29,940 nt of DNA from positions 1-29,940 of the forward strand of contig JAQGDQ010001677.1 in assembly GCA_030141605.1 (NCBI GenBank). The letters run 5' to 3'. Made by a program: the position numbers and the translations under genes. This stretch comes from Tubiluchus corallicola. Lineage: Eukaryota; Animalia; Priapulida. Below, in pieces: positions 26,067 through 29,940 of the stretch. Within the stretch, counting starts at the first letter, position 1; the number at the start of each line of letters is the position of its first letter. The notes under the pieces were generated by a model. That model was given only the letters and a program-made list of their open reading frames with translations. It was not told the DNA's origin and did no database searches.

Positions 26067-26411
26067 TTTGACTGTGCAGTAGAAAACGTGAAAATAACGT
26101 TATTAATTTCAGATAAACCTCTGCCAGAAACAAATTCTATTATGCTAAACAACAAGGTGATGTAGACTACGTCGACACTAAAGAAGATACTAATATAAAG
26201 GTACGTGCATCAGTACACTTAGTCATTTTATGTTGACAACCACAAAACCAAATGTTAACATGGAAGTTGAAAATTTTTAGAGTTTTTATGAATTTTTGTT
26301 TTTTTTCGTAATAATTTGTTTAAAGGTAATAAATAGGCAACTTAGAAACATCATTGATTCCAATCCGGTATTATTAAGCAGTAAATAAATCCAACATGCT
26401 AATTCGCGTGT
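26067..26411 (+). repeat. Left arm of ~345-bp inverted repeat
   Basis: Reverse complement of 28378-28717 with few mismatches and indels. Confidence 0.95.
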
Positions 26412-26774
26412 CTTTTCCTTTAACAAAATTCATTCGTCATATTTTTCTAAGTTTTAGTGATAACAGTAAAATAAATCCAACATGCTAATTTGCGTGTCTT
26501 TTCCTTTAATAAAATTCATTCTTCATATTTTTCTAAGTTTTAGTGATAACGGTAAAATAAATCCAACATGCTAATTCGCGTGTCTTTTCCTTTAACAAAA
26601 TTCATTCGTCATATTTTTCTAAGTTTTAGTGATAACAGTAAAATAAATCCAACATGCTAATTTGCGTGTCTTTTCCTTTAATAAAATTCATTCTTCATAT
26701 TTTTCTAAGTTTTAGTGATAACGGTAAAATAAATCCAACATGCTAATTCGCGTGTCTTTTCCTTTAACAAAATT
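26379..26774. repeat. 86-bp tandem repeat, ~4.6 copies, alternating A/B variants
   Basis: CCAACATGCT at 26391, 26477, 26563, 26649 and 26735. Confidence 0.95.
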
Positions 26775-26904
26775 TGCTGTTACTATGACTTGAATTCAAT
26801 TTGTTCTGTTTTGCTAATACATGAGCATTCGAAGCTGAGATCTAACCAGTCGCCATGTTAATTAATTCTTTAGTGACTCACCGATTAGTTTTTGCTTTTT
26901 TCAG

Positions 26905-27075
26905 TGTTACCTGTGTTCAAAGAAGTTCTCCAATAACGTCAAATTCATGGAGCACTGCCACGGTCACATAGACCGCGATCATTCCCATGTCACAGATCTC
27001 TCGGATTTGACGACGTGCAAACAGTGTTTCCTCAAGTTTGACACTCCGTTTGAAATGCAGAATCATTACGATGAG
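26905..27075 (+). CDS. C2H2 zinc-finger exon, POGZ/ZNF280/Row-like (57 aa, phase 0/0)
   Basis: Acceptor TTTTTGCTTTTTTCAG and donor GAG|GTACGC. It translates to CYLCSKKFSNNVKFMEHCHGHIDRDHSHVTDLSDLTTCKQCFLKFDTPFEMQNHYDE, resembling the recalled POGZ/ZNF280 motif C..C.K.LKNNIRFMNHMKHH...TCQHCYRQF.TPFQLQCH. The last His of finger 2 should lie in a downstream exon that I did not find in the window. Confidence 0.88.
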
Positions 27076-27160
27076 GTACGCGACGTCATCTTTGAGAGTA
27101 ATATTATACAATTTACATTATTCTGTGTAGCACGTCTGCACAGGTAGCAGAATGCTGATG

Positions 27161-27973
27161 CAGTAGGTCCTTGTTTAACGACGTTAATGCGTTCTAGCAA
27201 AACGCGACGTTAAGCGATGCCAAGACTTCCATAGAAAGTAATGTAAAAGAATTGGGATACGTTCCAGAGGCAAAAATCAATGCTGTTTAGATCATGTAAC
27301 TAAAACATTTAAGAGTTTTACTCATATTTCTACTGATCAATTTCTTTCTGCTTAATTGAAACCACCTTTATTGAATTGAACACGGCCTTTAAAACGTGGC
27401 GTCTCTAAACAGGGAGTCGTTAAGCAAATACTAAGGTGTCGAATGATTGTGGTCGTTAAAACGTAGCGTCTCTAAACAGGGAGTCGTTAAGCAAATACTA
27501 AGGTGTCGAATGAACGCGGTCGTTAAAACGTAGCGTGTCTAAACAGGGAGTCGTTAAGCAAAGACTAAGGTGTCAAATGATGGCAGTCGTTTAAACGTAG
27601 CGTGTCTAAACAGGGAGTCGTTAAGCAAAGACTAAGGTGTCAAATGAACGCGGTCGTTAAAACGTAGTGTCTCTAAACAGGGAGTCGTTAAGCAAAGACT
27701 AAGATGTCGAATGAACGCGGCCTTTAAAACGTAGCGTCTCTAAACAGGGAGTCGTTAAGCAAATACTAAGGTGTCGAATGAACGCGGCCTTTAAAACGTA
27801 GCGTGTCTAAACAGGGAGCCGTTAAGCAAATACTAAGGTGTCGAATGATTGTGGTCGTTAAAACGTAGCGTCTCTAAACAGGGAGTCGTTAAGCAAATAC
27901 TAAGGTGTCGAATGAACGCGGTCGTTAAAACGTAGCGTCTCTAAACAGGGAGCCGTTAAGCAAAGACTTATAG
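27161..27973. mobile_element. Tigger/pogo-like MITE with internally amplified subterminal repeat
   Basis: Left end CAGTAGGTCCTTGTTTAACG matches the reverse complement of the right end, CTATAAGTCTTTGCTTAACG, as a degenerate TIR followed by TA. The left interior GTTAATGCGTTC...CCATAGAAAGTAATGTAAA resembles recalled Tigger-type MITEs. Confidence 0.65.
27378..27968. repeat. 67-bp minisatellite, ~9 copies (unrelated in sequence to the 16.2-kb array)
   Basis: Unit TGAACGCGGTCGTTAAAACGTAGCGTCTCTAAACAGGGAGTCGTTAAGCAAATACTAAGGTGTCGAA; period 67 (27411, 27478). Confidence 0.95.
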
Positions 27974-28377
27974 TAATAGTTTTCAGTCTTTTGCCAAGCA
28001 TGTTTATTGCTGTTTATCGCTCTGTGTGTAAATAAGAAATACATTAGATTACACTCTTAATACTGTCTCAGTTGCGTTTTCTTTTTAAAATTCTGTGAAG
28101 GCATGAAAACTTTGCTAAATTAGAAAGTCTGAAAAAATTTTGACTCTCCATGGGATTCGAACCCAGGCCTTATGGGCAGCTATGCTAACAGAGGCACACT
28201 GACTTTTCAGACTGAAAAAATTATTCTATAAACCACTAGAGGTCTATTAACAGAGAATCGTAATTCAAACCATATCAAGACATAATATAAGATTAATTCT
28301 TTAACTAATTATTAGCACTCTAATATTTTTCTTTGTATTTCTAAATACAATTTGTCTAAAGATATTTTGTTTATTTA

Positions 28378-28717
28378 ACACGTGAATTAGCATATTGGAT
28401 TTATTTTACTGCTTAATAATACCGATTGAATCAATGATGTTTCTAAGTTGCCTATTTATTACCTTTAAACAAATTATTACGAAAAAAAACAAAAATTCAT
28501 AAAAACTCTAAAAATTTTCAACTTCCATGTTAACATTTGTTTGTGAAGTCAACATAAAATGACTAAGTGTACTGATGCACGTACCTTTATATTAGTATCT
28601 TCTTTAGTGTCGACGTAGTCTACATCACCTTGTTGTCTAGCATAATAGAATTTGCTTCCTGGCAGAGGTTTATCTGAAATTAATAACGTTATTTCACGTT
28701 TCTACTGCACAGTCAAA
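28378..28717 (-). repeat. Right arm of ~345-bp inverted repeat
   Basis: Reverse complement of 26067-26411. Confidence 0.95.
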
Positions 28718-28905
28718 AAGTTTACAGTTTCAAAGTCATTAATTCAATGCAAAAATAATCAAGATTAACAATTCAGTTACAAGTTTTACAAAAAAAAACA
28801 ACAAACACCTATTAATATGCTGGACCAGCTAAAGTTCACATATAACACAGTGCAGTTTCAATGCAAAAAAAGGCGAAACACATTTGCAAGTCAGTACAGA
28901 CGACT

Positions 28906-28985
28906 GAGGTCGTGAGTTCGAACCAGCGGCCGGGCCATACCAAAGACTTTAAAGCCGACTTTAAATAAAGATTATTATTATTATT
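28906..28985 (+). mobile_element. 5'-truncated, internally deleted copy of the tRNA/Meta-like SINE
   Basis: GAGGTCGTGAGTTCGAACCAGCGGCCGGGCCATACCAAAGACTTTAAA is fused directly to GCCGACTTTAAATAAAGATTATTATT; both parts match 22328-22594. Confidence 0.85.
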
Positions 28986-29608
28986 TTTAAGTCAAAAAAA
29001 TAAATATGTTGAACAGGTGTTACTAACATTTTATGTGACAGTTATAAAACAATTCATAAGACGTTTTATACAACAGTTATCTGCACCAGAAAGTAATCTT
29101 TTTGAATTTCTATATCATAAAAATAAAAACGACAAAGAACAGTTCTACCATTCCAAACAAAATTTCTACAAAACAATTAGACAAAACCATTCAAAGTAAG
29201 TCTTCTAAGATGTATTATAACCACACGGAACAGCCAATATATATATATATGAAAAACCAACACTTATCAATACTGCCAGTTTCTGTCAACATTTTTATAT
29301 ATAAAAAAACAAATGAAAAACTTCCATATATTCACTCAGGTTAACTGAATGAATGAACCATTACCTAGAACAAGCTGCAAAAAGTTAGAATTGAACGTAT
29401 TGTGACATTTCAAGGTTTTTATCTATTCTGTGCTTTCACGTAATTGTAATTATGTTTAAATGTGTACTTATGAACAAAATTAGTATTAGTATTATTAACC
29501 CTTTCACTATGTAGTTGCTTTTTAACTGGGCCAGACTGACTTTTTGCACATTTGACAATAACTTCTTGTGGTGTGTTACTAAAACAGAATTTTGTAAATA
29601 AGCACATA

Positions 29609-29831
29609 CCGTATATACTTAATACTTGGCCAAGCGCTTGCATGCGTCTTACACACTAACACAGTAGGCTATTGATTTATTACTCGGCCATTGTTGACAT
29701 CATTTACTCTGCAAGACCTTAATATTTTATGGTCGACTTGTACACAGGTAATACATAAAATGATGCACTTTTTGATCTCAAAATGCACATCGACTTGTAC
29801 ATAAGGCTGACTTGTAAACACGTATATACGG
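29609..29831. mobile_element. Short Tc2/pogo-like MITE (TA TSD, CCGTATATAC TIR)
   Basis: TA|CCGTATATAC (29607-29618) and GTATATACGG|TA (29822-29833); subterminal GACTTGTA occurs three times near the right end. Confidence 0.75.
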
Positions 29832-29940
29832 TAGTTGTCTGTTATTAAGTACAGATATTAAATATCAGTTTCATTTCTACACATGCACACATATACAAGC
29901 ATACATACATGCATGCACACGCGCGCGCGCACGCACGCAC

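Noticed and set aside
29017-29199. Next zinc-finger exon after acceptor-like GAACAG|GTG
   Set aside because: The phase-0 translation (VLLTF...) lacks the His needed to complete finger 2, and the region is AT-rich and non-coding-like.

Overview
AT-rich eukaryotic (animal) genomic DNA, not prokaryotic. The 5S-like sequence and repeat repertoire suggest a marine invertebrate, possibly lophotrochozoan (inference). Most of the window is intronic or intergenic and dense in repeats: three long (GA/CT)n tracts, seven minisatellite arrays, several MITEs with visible TIRs/TSDs, truncated LINEs and two SINE types. One SINE is a complete, TSD-flanked element with a 5S rRNA head (14231-14777). The only convincing host coding sequence is on the + strand: an exon at 18053-18429, a probable 36-nt micro-exon with a GC donor (25361-25396) and a POGZ/ZNF280/Row-like double C2H2 zinc-finger exon (26905-27075); the gene probably continues beyond the window. 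The zinc-finger exon lies in the loop of a ~345-bp inverted repeat. A degenerate Penelope-type minimal hammerhead motif lies at ~17749-17787. Nearly all long ORFs in the supplied track are repeat artefacts. Family assignments come from recalled motifs, not database searches, and I see no firm evidence for a wholly new multi-gene system.
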